Below, piece after piece: positions 36,485-46,409 of a DNA stretch of 64,000 bases (position 1 is its first letter; every line of letters starts with the position of its first letter). The stretch is taken from positions 416,839 through 480,838 of IMG/VR virus record IMGVR_UViG_3300028558_000791. One strand, 5' to 3'. The position numbers and the translations under genes are program-made. The notes beneath the pieces were generated by a model. That model saw only the letters and a program-made list of their open reading frames with translations. It had not been told where the DNA came from and made no database searches.

Positions 36485-36976
36485 ATGGCACTCCATCCTG
36501 TTTCCCAGAGTAACCACACGGGTTGTTTCATTGCTTGTGTGGCAATGCTTCTAGGGAAAAGTTACAGCGAAGCTTTCAAACTACTGCATCCTGGTAAGGA
36601 CGAATTCATTACGTACCCTCATGGGTTTAGTGATGTCTCCATGGAGAATGTAGCTCACAAGCATCTCCGAGGTTTGGGATTCGAGACACATACCGGAAGG
36701 TATAAGAAGTTCCAAACCTATCGGAACCGCTCCAGCAAGCACGCTATCATGATCGTCAGGTGGGAATTCGATCCCATCATGTGTCACTGTATCATGTTTG
36801 ATGGTGAGACCAAACGATTCATCGAGCCTGATGGTGGTTACATTGTGGAGAGTAAGTACAAGCTCAAGAGTTTGCAACGTCAGCTTGATTGCTCCATTGT
36901 GATCGATAAGATTCCTAACCTGGTAACCGCCCATGACGTTCATCGAAGTCCTGATCCTCTTGGACTCGCGTGGTGA
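36485..36976 (+). CDS. C39-like cysteine peptidase
   Basis: Q....GCFIACVAM; HCIMFD; FIEP. Confidence 0.6.
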   Translation: MALHPVSQSNHTGCFIACVAMLLGKSYSEAFKLLHPGKDEFITYPHGFSDVSMENVAHKHLRGLGFETHTGRYKKFQTYRNRSSKHAIMIVRWEFDPIMCHCIMFDGETKRFIEPDGGYIVESKYKLKSLQRQLDCSIVIDKIPNLVTAHDVHRSPDPLGLAW

Positions 36977-37144
36977 GAAAATTGTCTCTGACAAAACTCA
37001 CACTATCATGACAGACAAGTTTACTTATTCCCGTGAGCCGAATGGTGACTGGATTCAGAAAGACCTGCCTGTCACAACCATCGTAGTGGACAAGTTCCCT
37101 CCACTGGAATCTGTTCTTCCTCCAGCGCTCAAGAAGAAAAAGAA

Positions 37145-37363
37145 ATGAAAGCTCGTGATGTTTCCGTTTCAGTAGTGGACTTTGGTAACGATGGGCTTCA
37201 CGTGATGGTCACGCTCAAGTTGTCGGGCCATCATCTTTCGAGAGAGGCTACCCACCCAAGCGGTGATATGTACAAGGGAGTACGTGTCAGCGAAGCTTCT
37301 CGACGACAGAAAGCTAAGGAGCTTCAGAGACTTCTGGAGTCAGTGGAGTTTCCTAATGGCTAG
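37145..37363 (+). CDS. Hypothetical protein
   Basis: ATGA coupling. Confidence 0.55.
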   Translation: MKARDVSVSVVDFGNDGLHVMVTLKLSGHHLSREATHPSGDMYKGVRVSEASRRQKAKELQRLLESVEFPNG

Positions 37364-37691
37364 AACTAAATTTGAACTGAGCAATCTCCAGCAGGAACGC
37401 ATGGATGCCTGGTTCAAGCATCATTGGGATGTTGTCCATAAGGGATGGCGTCCGCCGGATATGTCTGGCTTCGCTGGTCACTTTCGTTTCGGGCCAACTG
37501 GAGATGGGTGCAACGTTGATTACGAATGCGCCTGGTGTCTGGATGGTTCCCCTCATCAGAAGGTGATCCTCACTGATGACGATGATGGTGACTTCATCTA
37601 CGAATACGATGAGAACTGGAATCGTCTTCCAGCACCTTGGGAGAAAACCAATGACACGGCTGGAAGCGATCCAAAAGATTCGTCGGGGTGA
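37356..37691 (+). CDS. Hypothetical protein
   Basis: F.F.PTGDG..V...C pattern. Confidence 0.6.
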   Translation: MARTKFELSNLQQERMDAWFKHHWDVVHKGWRPPDMSGFAGHFRFGPTGDGCNVDYECAWCLDGSPHQKVILTDDDDGDFIYEYDENWNRLPAPWEKTNDTAGSDPKDSSG

Positions 37692-37920
37692 ACGACTGAT
37701 AGTTGTAATCTCGGCCGAGACCAATGGTATCGAGCGAGACATCGAAGTTTGGATAAACTATGAGGAATCTTGTAGTGGTTTCCAAGCACGAAGAAGACAC
37801 GAGCATCAATCAATCGGTCCACTTCATCTTCGGTTCTGGGCAGTTTCTATGCCCGACTGGCTTCACATCAATCCTAAACAACTTCTCGGGTTCATTCGTA
37901 GGAACTACCCAAGAAAGTGA

Positions 37921-38445
37921 ATGGTTATGTTTACTTACGGATTCTGGTTCTACGAAGAACTGGCTGAGCGTGTAGGTGTGGGACCTGGCAAACACCGTGG
38001 AGACAAGGTGGATGCCTACATAGACCTGGAGACGCCTACTGGTGGCAACTTCATGGTCAAGGTGTCAAGCCTGCGCTTGGAGTTGTTCCGCCAGAATCCG
38101 AAGTGTGTTGCGTGTGAACGCATCGGGGCTCTTTGGATTCTCGAATCGCATCATCGCAACGAACCGCCTCACCTCAATCTCTATCACGTTGGTGACGAGA
38201 TCGAAGAGTGGAAGAAGCTTTCCAAAGACGGGTTGGTCATGATGACAAAGGACCACATCATTCCTCGCTCTAAAGGTGGACCGACTACTTTAGAGAACCT
38301 TCAAACCATGTGCGCCATCTGTAATGGTAAGAAGGGTAATCAGATGCACAGCCAACTGAGTAGACTGCGGCGGTCACAAGATCCGCTCATCGTTGTCCCA
38401 GAAGGTTCGATGCAAAACATGAACGGTAAAGTTCAATTCCTATAA
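37921..38445 (+). CDS. HNH endonuclease
   Basis: CVAC...TKDHIIPRSKGG....NLQTMCAICNGKKG. Confidence 0.9.
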   Translation: MVMFTYGFWFYEELAERVGVGPGKHRGDKVDAYIDLETPTGGNFMVKVSSLRLELFRQNPKCVACERIGALWILESHHRNEPPHLNLYHVGDEIEEWKKLSKDGLVMMTKDHIIPRSKGGPTTLENLQTMCAICNGKKGNQMHSQLSRLRRSQDPLIVVPEGSMQNMNGKVQFL

Positions 38446-38454
38446 GGTGTAGTC

Positions 38455-38916
38455 ATGGAAATTTGGACGCTAGAGTGGTCGTGTCCCTCTGATGGTGAAA
38501 CTGAGATCACTCTCTGGGAAAATGAGATTGATGCTCTCAAGAGGGGAGTCAAAGAAGTCGGGGACTACATTCAAAGAACCTTCGATTTCGATAACTCTAA
38601 TGATGAATCATGTGCCACCGATGTCAATGATATGATTGGTCGCGGGCAATACAAAGAAGCCATCCGTCGCTTCAATGATCATCAGGACGATCACAACCCA
38701 GACTACGCACAGTATTGGTTTGTCGTCAAAAAGCCTGTTCATGGTTCGGAAGGAATCAAAAAACAGGTTGCTGCATCGACATACCATTCAAACGGTGCAA
38801 CGTGTCGTGGACCTTGCAAGCAGCATAACCCATACGCCAACGCAGATCAATCTGATGGGACGTATGTGTGTCGGCAGTGCTCTACCTTCCAACACATCTT
38901 CGGAACCAAGTCATGA
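38455..38916 (+). CDS. Hypothetical protein with C-terminal Zn ribbon
   Basis: CRGPC...YVCRQC. Confidence 0.7.
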   Translation: MEIWTLEWSCPSDGETEITLWENEIDALKRGVKEVGDYIQRTFDFDNSNDESCATDVNDMIGRGQYKEAIRRFNDHQDDHNPDYAQYWFVVKKPVHGSEGIKKQVAASTYHSNGATCRGPCKQHNPYANADQSDGTYVCRQCSTFQHIFGTKS

Positions 38917-39245
38917 GTGAGGAATTCAATTCAGTCACATGCAACTCTTGTGGCTTGGAATTCAAGTTCCCCAAGAAGGTTGAGGAATTGTGGAGGAACT
39001 CTGAAAAGACCTTCTACTGTCCCAACGGTCATGGGCTTGTCTGGAACAAGCCGAAAGAATCTCCAGAACAAAAGGAGCTAGTCAAGCTCCGAGCAGAAGT
39101 CAAGTCTTTGAAAGATAAGCTTGACGAAGCTATTACCAAGGCGGCAGAGTATAGGGTGAAAGTTCAGGAGCTTACCTCTGAACTGGAAATCTGGCGGCCG
39201 TCCACACCACTCGAAGAGAAGGTTGAACAAACCAATGGCAGCTAG
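38913..39245 (+). CDS. Zn-ribbon plus coiled-coil protein
   Basis: CNSCG...FYCPNGH. Confidence 0.7.
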   Translation: MSEEFNSVTCNSCGLEFKFPKKVEELWRNSEKTFYCPNGHGLVWNKPKESPEQKELVKLRAEVKSLKDKLDEAITKAAEYRVKVQELTSELEIWRPSTPLEEKVEQTNGS

Positions 39246-39677
39246 TAAGCTGGTTCTGGAAATCGAATTGGGCAATGATGCCATGAAGTTGCCTGCTCAC
39301 GTAGCAGAAGCGCTGGCAGCCGTTGCCAAGCAGGTTCCCCACGTCATCATGTCGAAGGGAATCTCCACGAAGATCAAGGATGTCAATGGCAACACCATTG
39401 GTCACTGGTCATACAAGTGATGTTTCGTATCAAAACAAAACCTCCAACGATGGACCTTCTCAATTCCGATTGGCAGGGTATCTTGGAGCAGCTTCATAAG
39501 TCTGACCCTAGAACTGATGAGTTCTTTTTGATCGTCATCAATAAGGGACAGTCGGATGAATACCGAACCAAGTTCATGACGTACCAGGAGACAGCAGAAC
39601 TAATCATTCTGGCCCTGGAAAAGAAAAGGCTACGAATTCCGTTGTCGTTGTAATTCCTCCCATTCACGGAACGCCGA

Positions 39678-40091
39678 ATGAAACGGTTGAACGGCCCGCT
39701 TGACGTACAGTTCATCAACAACAACTTCTTCTCCCACCATGCCAGACCTTCTGACATCAATAAGGGCGAGTGTTTTCTCTGGGCATACTACGCTTATCGC
39801 CTGTATCCAAATGTAGAACTTTGGGACATGGGTGCTCACGCCTTCGTACGGGACAAGGTCACTGGTAAATTCTACGATTCCGAGAGGCCCAATGGCGAGG
39901 AAGACTGGCAGGACCTGCCTGCCACTAACTTCGGCAAGGGGTGTGGTTGCCCTATCTGTAGGCGGCCTGCTCGTAAGTTTGGAGTGGCTCGCAAGTTTCG
40001 TAAAGCATGGCGTGGTATGACTAAGAAGTTCAATGTGAAGTGGAATATCATTCACCTCAAAGTCAAACACACTATCGAGAACTACGCATGA
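39678..40091 (+). CDS. Putative papain-like Cys-His-Asp protein, paralogue of 23567..24016
   Basis: INKGECFLWA...HAFV...KFYDSE. Confidence 0.7.
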   Translation: MKRLNGPLDVQFINNNFFSHHARPSDINKGECFLWAYYAYRLYPNVELWDMGAHAFVRDKVTGKFYDSERPNGEEDWQDLPATNFGKGCGCPICRRPARKFGVARKFRKAWRGMTKKFNVKWNIIHLKVKHTIENYA

Positions 40092-40253
40092 AAGCGAATT
40101 GGGAAACGATCTCTGTTGGATTGGACCAGCTTTGGTTCACGCCATTCGGTGACTGCGAATCCCCTCAAGACCGGGCTGATGCAATCGAAACCTTCCTTCA
40201 GTCCAATGGTTGGACTTGGGATGAGGTTCTCAATGAGATTGGAAAAGATTCCT

Positions 40254-40805
40254 ATGGACAACCAGACGTTCGTAACTGAACTGAGCAAGCTTCGCCCCGG
40301 TTCAACCTTCCTGACTGTCAGGGGTTACCGAAATGAGGCCAGCGAGATTGCTGACTACAGCATCGCCTTCCACTTCTCCTACGAGAATGCTCTCAAGAAG
40401 AGCATCGAGACTCTGGCGAAGTTGGATCTCAAGGAAGCCCTGGAGATTCAGGCGAGGGATGAGCTGATCAGCAGCTTCAAGACTTCGCTGGCTCGTGGTG
40501 CGGCATCTCCCGAGTTGGAGGAACGTGACCCGACGTTCTCTTACTTCAAGGACAACAACGGCAACTACGTCAAGGGCGTCAAGCTTCACGAGGCAACCAA
40601 CACGCTGCATCTCTACGGCCTGGTGGTTCACAAGAAGGTTCTGATGCCTGGTTTGTATGCTCCCAAGAACTCTCGTCCTCTGACGGTTGCCAAGGGCAAG
40701 CTCCGGTATCTCACGCCGGTTGGCAAGTTCCGGTCCTTCAAGATGACCCCGTTCCAGGTCGACTACATCGCAGTGGAGAACATCTCCCTTCTGCCCCCGG
40801 AGTAA
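40254..40805 (+). CDS. Hypothetical protein
   Basis: Strong codon bias; 183 aa. Confidence 0.75.
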   Translation: MDNQTFVTELSKLRPGSTFLTVRGYRNEASEIADYSIAFHFSYENALKKSIETLAKLDLKEALEIQARDELISSFKTSLARGAASPELEERDPTFSYFKDNNGNYVKGVKLHEATNTLHLYGLVVHKKVLMPGLYAPKNSRPLTVAKGKLRYLTPVGKFRSFKMTPFQVDYIAVENISLLPPE

Positions 40806-40806
40806 C

Positions 40807-41121
40807 ATGGAACTCTATACTGCTGAAGGCGTACGTCAGTCACTCGCTCCTATGTGGGATACTTACTACGCCAAGTTGGCAGTAGGCCAGCCTCCGAACT
40901 GGAAGTGTGACGAGCGCACCAAACTGAATTTCTGTCTGACTCAATGGATGATGGATGAATGCCCTAAGATAGGGTGCAGTCCCGAAGACACACGAGTCTT
41001 ACTGCGGGGATTCAATCGCTGGGCCAGAGCCGACTCTGATCTGTATGAAGTGGCTGCTCACTTCATGAACTCGTGGTTGAACAACGACATCCAAAGATAC
41101 GATGGAATGAGAAGGCACTGA
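40807..41121 (+). CDS. Hypothetical protein
   Basis: Gene-packed ORF. Confidence 0.6.
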   Translation: MELYTAEGVRQSLAPMWDTYYAKLAVGQPPNWKCDERTKLNFCLTQWMMDECPKIGCSPEDTRVLLRGFNRWARADSDLYEVAAHFMNSWLNNDIQRYDGMRRH

Positions 41122-41547
41122 AGTCATGAGCAAACAACCCATTGCATACTACCTGATTGCCCTGGTAATTTGCGTGTGTGCTTTGGGCAACGCTCAGTAC
41201 CATAGAGCCGATGCTCTCAGAGAGTCTCGGGTGAATGGTTCTCTCAACTTCCAGAATGAAATTCTTCAAAGGCAAGTCAAGGAGCTAGAGCACAAGCTCG
41301 AAACGTGTAGGTAGGGGTAAGATGAAAGACGACCTCAAAGTTCCGTACGAAGTCATGGCGTTGGAGGTTGACAAGCTCTACCCGCCGCACTACGTTCTCA
41401 AAGCCGGCGAGACCATCGAGCAACACTTGATGGACATCGAAGCGTTCATCGAGTCATGTGGATGGACAACCGAGGAATATCTTGCGGAGTACATCCATCG
41501 TGCTGTGCATGAATTCTTCCCTAACCCCAAAGACATGAACTGAAGTC

Positions 41548-42039
41548 ATGAGTTTCACATTCGAGAATGTCAGGGAGTTTCTAACATCGTGGGGACTTCA
41601 CTTCGATACTCCTAACGGGGAGTCCAACGACATTCCATACCCTCAAGTGTATGAGCGCATGAAGGAAGACGCAGGTGATGTGGGTGGTGACAAGCTTCAG
41701 AAGTTTGTCTCATCCATTACGAACACAACGGATAGTCGCACCTATCTTTCTGCCGATGACTGGGAAGAAATGGAGCAGGCTTGGGATGCCTTGGACACTC
41801 CTGAAGTCAAGAAGATGCGTGAGCATCCGATTCAGTTTGAGTATTGCGAATGTGGCTGTCATTGCCATGCCGCCTATTCCAAAGGGATTGGTTACACCAT
41901 CTACAATAGTCTTCAAGGAAAGAAATCTCTTTCTTTGAGGCGAGGTCATGGGATTCTTGGAACACAGATTGGACCTCTTCGAGATTCTTTCGAGGAGTGT
42001 GTCAAGGCTGCCCAAGATGACTTCGATAAAATTCCATGA
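41548..42039 (+). CDS. Hypothetical protein
   Basis: CECGCHCH cluster. Confidence 0.65.
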   Translation: MSFTFENVREFLTSWGLHFDTPNGESNDIPYPQVYERMKEDAGDVGGDKLQKFVSSITNTTDSRTYLSADDWEEMEQAWDALDTPEVKKMREHPIQFEYCECGCHCHAAYSKGIGYTIYNSLQGKKSLSLRRGHGILGTQIGPLRDSFEECVKAAQDDFDKIP

Positions 42040-42236
42040 AGGAGGAAAGGAAACTCCATCTGGTTGGCAGTAAATACGAAGTAAGGGAATTGTATACTGC
42101 CAAATCTTGGGAGAACGATAAGCTACTTGCATCTTGCACTTCATTGGAAGCTATGTATGCAGCAGCAAGGTTACTCTCAATTCCCTAAACAACAAACCTG
42201 AATCGCATTAGCGAGTACCATAAGGAACAGGACAAC

Positions 42237-42692
42237 ATGGCTGACGACAAGAAGACTGAGAAGACGGACAAGAAGACCAAGGCGGAGAAGGCTGCGGAGG
42301 CAGAGCAGTCTGCACGTGGTGACCGTGGTGAGTTGGGGACGGCTACGCCCAAGCTGACCATCACGCAGCTCTGGCATGCGGCGCACTTCACTCGCAAGGA
42401 TGCCAACGACAAGGGCAACTTCCGAAAGCGCCTCTACGTCCCCAACCACGGCGCCCCATCGCTGAAGAAGTTCGCCCGTGAGCTTCTCAAGGCTGGTGAC
42501 CCGGTGGCCAAGGCTTGGTTCGCCAACAAGGTTGGAGCCAAGAACGAGAAGCGCAACGACAAGAACACGGCCCGCATCTCGGCGGAGAAGATTGCCAGCA
42601 AGGCGGCTCGTCGTAAGAAGAGCCAAGGCAAGCAGGGCAAGGCTGCAACCGACACGGCAGCTCCGGCTGCTGCGGCGGCTGGAAAGAAGTAA
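42237..42692 (+). CDS. Highly basic Lys/Ala-rich protein (possible nucleic-acid binder)
   Basis: AAGGA/AGGA RBS, extreme codon bias, K/A-rich tail. Confidence 0.75.
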   Translation: MADDKKTEKTDKKTKAEKAAEAEQSARGDRGELGTATPKLTITQLWHAAHFTRKDANDKGNFRKRLYVPNHGAPSLKKFARELLKAGDPVAKAWFANKVGAKNEKRNDKNTARISAEKIASKAARRKKSQGKQGKAATDTAAPAAAAAGKK

Positions 42693-42695
42693 ACC

Positions 42696-42917
42696 ATGGA
42701 AACCATCGCATCTCTCATTCGAGAGTTTCCATTCGGTAGCTTCCTGATCATCACTGCATTCATTGCTGGTGGTGTCAAAGTAGCTACGGCCTTTGTCAAT
42801 CGCAACAAGCCCGAGTGCAACTGCGAACGGGACTGTGAGTGCGAGGATGATGATGACGACTGTGATGATGACGAGGGCGAAGGTCCGGCCATCATGGGCG
42901 GTTCGGAAGAGGATTGA
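42696..42917 (+). CDS. Small membrane protein with acidic Cys-containing tail
   Basis: TM helix followed by CNCERDCEC and poly-D. Confidence 0.6.
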   Translation: METIASLIREFPFGSFLIITAFIAGGVKVATAFVNRNKPECNCERDCECEDDDDDCDDDEGEGPAIMGGSEED

Positions 42918-43176
42918 AAGACTAAGGGAGAAATCCCGAGGACCATCTCATACGGCAGGCGGTATGAGAGGTGACACAAACAGCTTGATGCAACCATGTT
43001 CTCGCTGGTCGGCACGTGGTGAAGTAATTTATAATAAAAGCCCAGCAAGCGTAGTCGGGTTGCGCTTGATATTCCGACAAAAAATCCTGGTCCCATGTAT
43101 ATCTGGAGGCGGTCTCTGAACTACCGACATTCATGGGGCCAGGTAACTTTCTAAACAATTCCAAAAGGAAAAACGA

Positions 43177-43476
43177 ATGAGTAACCACGGTCCGATCTTC
43201 ATGGCAGGCGATGCAGTTTACTACAATGGTGAGAAGCACAAGCAAGCTCTTTCTAACAAGGAAGGTAAGCCTTTCAAGGGTTGGATTCATGCGGCGGTAC
43301 AGAACGAACCGGGTGCATTCGTGGTCTGGTTTCCGGATACGAAGGAATCCGACTCGTACGTTCTCAGTGCGCAGAACCTGACCAAGGCTCGGCCCATCGT
43401 GGAGAAGGTTACGAAGACCCATGATGGTCCAGTGGTGGAGCACATGCCGAGCCGCCGCAAGCACTCGGAAGACTGA
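43177..43476 (+). CDS. SH3-like hypothetical protein
   Basis: AAGGA RBS; GDAVYY...GWI. Confidence 0.65.
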   Translation: MSNHGPIFMAGDAVYYNGEKHKQALSNKEGKPFKGWIHAAVQNEPGAFVVWFPDTKESDSYVLSAQNLTKARPIVEKVTKTHDGPVVEHMPSRRKHSED

Positions 43477-43699
43477 GGAGAGACGTCATGATTGGGTGGA
43501 TGATGGGTTGGTTATGGTGGTTTGCTTGGAGGCTAGTAGTATCAATCGCCTGCTTGTGGACCATCCAAAACGTCATCCACCAAGAAGGCTATTACATAGA
43601 GTTTCGTATTCTAGTAATAGCCGCTGTCTGTGCAGTTGTAGGCATTCGCGTTTGGATGCCTTCGGCTAAAGAAAATACCTCACATAAAGATTGACACCA

Positions 43700-45199
43700 A
43701 TGTCCCGCTACGAAGAAGAAGAGAACCGCATTCTCCGCAAAGCAATCGATGATGCCAAGAAGAAGTTGGCAGAGCAGGACGCTGTCCTCAAGCAACTTCT
43801 TGCCCTACCAACTGTTCAGGGTGTCGCCATCAACGTTCGAGGGACGAGAGTCCTGGTGTCAGCGCCCCAGGGTCTGGTAGAGGTAGAGTTTCCGTCCAAA
43901 CCTGTGGATGGAAAATACCTGAGCGTTCGTGCGGGTTCTCCCGTTCGTATGATCACACATCCCGAAACTGGACTTCTCTCCATCATCGATGTTCTCTCAT
44001 CTGATGATTGGTTTGGTGACCTGGTGGTTGCCAGCAAAGAAGCCAAGAACGGTGAAGTCGAAGTGGAATGGAACGGTAACACCCGTGTCATTCGCATCGG
44101 CGCAGGGATCAAGGTTCCAGAAGCAGGCGACCGCCTGATGATGGATGACAAGGTCACGGTCGCTCTCAAGAACTTCGGTCCCGATGAGTCCAAGTTCTCT
44201 TTTCAGGGAACCTCCACGGTTTCTTGGGATGACATCGGTGGCTTGGCATTGGCCAAGCAGACTCTGGTGGAAAGCATCGAGCTTCCCCACCAGTACCCGG
44301 ATCTGTTCAAGCTCTACAACAAGAAGCAAGTCAAGGGCGTTCTGCTCTATGGCCCTCCGGGATGTGGTAAGACCATGCTTGGCAAGGCTACGGCTTCCTC
44401 TCTTGCGAAGAGCCACGGCAAGCAGGCGACCAACACCGGATTCATCTATGTCAAGGGGCCGGAGCTTCTCGATAAGTTCGTTGGAAACTCGGAAGCTCAC
44501 ATCCGAGGCTTGTTTGCACGAGCACGCAAGCATCAGAAGAAGTTCGGCTATCCGGCTGTCCTCTTCATCGATGAGGGTGATGCCGTTCTCGGCAAGCGTG
44601 ATGGTCGACCTGGCATGGGCATCGAGGCAACTACGGTTCCTCAATTCCTGGCAGAGATGGATGGCCTGGATGAAACCGGACCCATCGTTCTCATCGCCAC
44701 CAATCGTCCTGACTCGCTCGACTCGGCCGTCACTCGTGATGGTCGTGTGGACCAGAAGGTTCAGGTCACTCGGCCTGATAAGTCTGGGGCCAAGGATATC
44801 TTCAAGCTCTACTTGAGCAAGATTCCTTTGGCTAAGGGCCTGGACGTGAATGAGGCGGCAGAGTTTTCTGCGGCACTCATGTACGACAACAAGTTCGAGT
44901 TCTACAATCTGTTCAACTCGAATGGAACCAAGGTCAACTTCACGTTGGCCGGGCTGGCAAACGGTGCAATGATTGCTGGTGTGGTCGATAAGGCCACCAT
45001 GCAGGCAATGCAGCGTGACATCGCAGCAGCTCAGCGCAAGCTGCACAACGATCGTGGTGTGACTCTGGAAGACATTCGTCTCTCCATCGAATCCACCTAT
45101 CACCAGAACAAGCATCTCAATCATGAGGTCGAGGTGAAAGAGTTCGTCGAGAACAATCAACTGTCGGTCGACAGAATCATCAAGGCTCAGGCGGCCTGA
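43700..45199 (+). CDS. ARC/Mpa-like proteasomal-type AAA+ ATPase
   Basis: N-terminal coiled coil, beta-rich inter-domain, GPPGCGKT, VKGPELL.KFVG pore loop, LFIDEGD, ATNRPD.LD.AVTRDGR.D, GAMI; no C-terminal HbYX. Confidence 0.85.
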   Translation: MSRYEEEENRILRKAIDDAKKKLAEQDAVLKQLLALPTVQGVAINVRGTRVLVSAPQGLVEVEFPSKPVDGKYLSVRAGSPVRMITHPETGLLSIIDVLSSDDWFGDLVVASKEAKNGEVEVEWNGNTRVIRIGAGIKVPEAGDRLMMDDKVTVALKNFGPDESKFSFQGTSTVSWDDIGGLALAKQTLVESIELPHQYPDLFKLYNKKQVKGVLLYGPPGCGKTMLGKATASSLAKSHGKQATNTGFIYVKGPELLDKFVGNSEAHIRGLFARARKHQKKFGYPAVLFIDEGDAVLGKRDGRPGMGIEATTVPQFLAEMDGLDETGPIVLIATNRPDSLDSAVTRDGRVDQKVQVTRPDKSGAKDIFKLYLSKIPLAKGLDVNEAAEFSAALMYDNKFEFYNLFNSNGTKVNFTLAGLANGAMIAGVVDKATMQAMQRDIAAAQRKLHNDRGVTLEDIRLSIESTYHQNKHLNHEVEVKEFVENNQLSVDRIIKAQAA

Positions 45200-45210
45200 A
45201 AGGAAACGTC

Positions 45211-45462
45211 ATGTTCGAGTTCATCAAGAAGAAGAAGGTCATCGGTGGTGGTGGTGGTAACGGTCCCGAGAAGGGCAACAGTGACGAGGAAGCCATCGAA
45301 GCCCCGGAAGTCGATGACACTCTGAGTGACCTGGACGCAGCTCTTGCTGCGGCCGATAAGGTCAAGGATCAGAGGGCCAAGGACGAGAAGCGAGCGCAAG
45401 AGCGTGAGGCTGCACTGGAGCGCGAGCGCCGTAGCTACGGTAGCCGTTGCGGTTGCGGCTGA
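45211..45462 (+). CDS. Pup-like small protein ending in CGCG
   Basis: KK..GGGGG, acidic linker, VDDTLSDLDAAL helix; AAGGA RBS directly after the ATPase. Confidence 0.6.
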   Translation: MFEFIKKKKVIGGGGGNGPEKGNSDEEAIEAPEVDDTLSDLDAALAAADKVKDQRAKDEKRAQEREAALERERRSYGSRCGCG

Positions 45463-45463
45463 G

Positions 45464-45772
45464 ATGAGCCTGCTTTCGTTTCTCTTCCTTGGTTTGTGCT
45501 GCGGCACAATCTCCTACACAATTACAAAGGGGTCCATCTTCGGACCCCTGCGTGTGTGGATGATTGAGCGCACCTACTGGCTAGGGAAGTTGATGCAGTG
45601 TCCTTACTGCATGTCTCATTGGGTTGCGGCTCTGGCTATGCTGGCGCTTCAACCCAAGATGATCGGTGGCAATGTTGTTGCCGATTATGTTGTAACCGGA
45701 TTCGCATTGACTGGACTGTCTGCGCTGACTGCTGGTTGCATCTTCAAACTCTTCTACGTCAAAGAAGACTGA
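45464..45772 (+). CDS. DUF1360-like membrane protein
   Basis: IFGPLR...LGKLMQCPYCMSHW. Confidence 0.75.
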   Translation: MSLLSFLFLGLCCGTISYTITKGSIFGPLRVWMIERTYWLGKLMQCPYCMSHWVAALAMLALQPKMIGGNVVADYVVTGFALTGLSALTAGCIFKLFYVKED

Positions 45773-45773
45773 T

Positions 45774-46031
45774 ATGAAAATCAAGGATCTTTTCGACAGT
45801 GCCAAGGGCGGATGCCAAATGCCTGGTTGCGATCATGCTCATGATAACGAGCCACTGATCTTGACTTCACGTTGTCATCCCGCTTCTGGCACTACGTTCT
45901 CAATCAACGTGGTTCAGAAAACTATGCAAGTGGTATGTGCCACTTGCAGCAAACCAATTATCATCATCAACTGTGCTGATCAATTGGAAACAAACAATCG
46001 GCTGTTGCCGAGCAACAAGGATACAAACTGA
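45774..46031 (+). CDS. Cys/His-rich hypothetical protein
   Basis: CQMPGCDH, RCHP, CATC. Confidence 0.6.
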   Translation: MKIKDLFDSAKGGCQMPGCDHAHDNEPLILTSRCHPASGTTFSINVVQKTMQVVCATCSKPIIIINCADQLETNNRLLPSNKDTN

Positions 46032-46349
46032 ATGTTCGTCTGTCAAGTTACTGGTAAGCTGAGCCGTCGTGGTGACCCGCGTATCGGGGAACTGCAATAC
46101 ATTCATGAGACCAAGGGTGATGACGTTCGTGGGAGCGAGAAGCTCAATCGAATCGTGGTCGCTACTCGTGAGCGCATCTACACTCGGTGGGTCAAAAACG
46201 AGGAGACTCACAAGTACGAAGAGGTCGAGGCCGGTCGTGGCTGGGAAATCGTTCGTGAGATCAATGCCAGCGATGAGGGCCTTGCTCTCTGGAATGGCTG
46301 GAACGAAGATGAGCGGGCGGCTTTCCTCAAGCACCTGGACGCTCGCTGA
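46032..46349 (+). CDS. Hypothetical protein
   Basis: MFVCQVTG...GWEIVRE pattern. Confidence 0.7.
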   Translation: MFVCQVTGKLSRRGDPRIGELQYIHETKGDDVRGSEKLNRIVVATRERIYTRWVKNEETHKYEEVEAGRGWEIVREINASDEGLALWNGWNEDERAAFLKHLDAR

Positions 46350-46409
46350 ACAAGGATTGATATTCTGTCTTTCCTTTTGAAACCGAAAAAGAAAACAAGG
46401 AATACTACA

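Noticed and set aside
30103-45160. Long minus-strand ORFs (30103..31137, 31312..32049, 43997..45160 and similar)
   Set aside because: They are antisense shadows of strongly codon-biased plus-strand genes, with no RBS or recognisable motifs.
45211-45462. Naming the small protein pup
   Set aside because: It lacks the GGQ/GGE terminus and no ligase is seen; the resemblance is by eye only.
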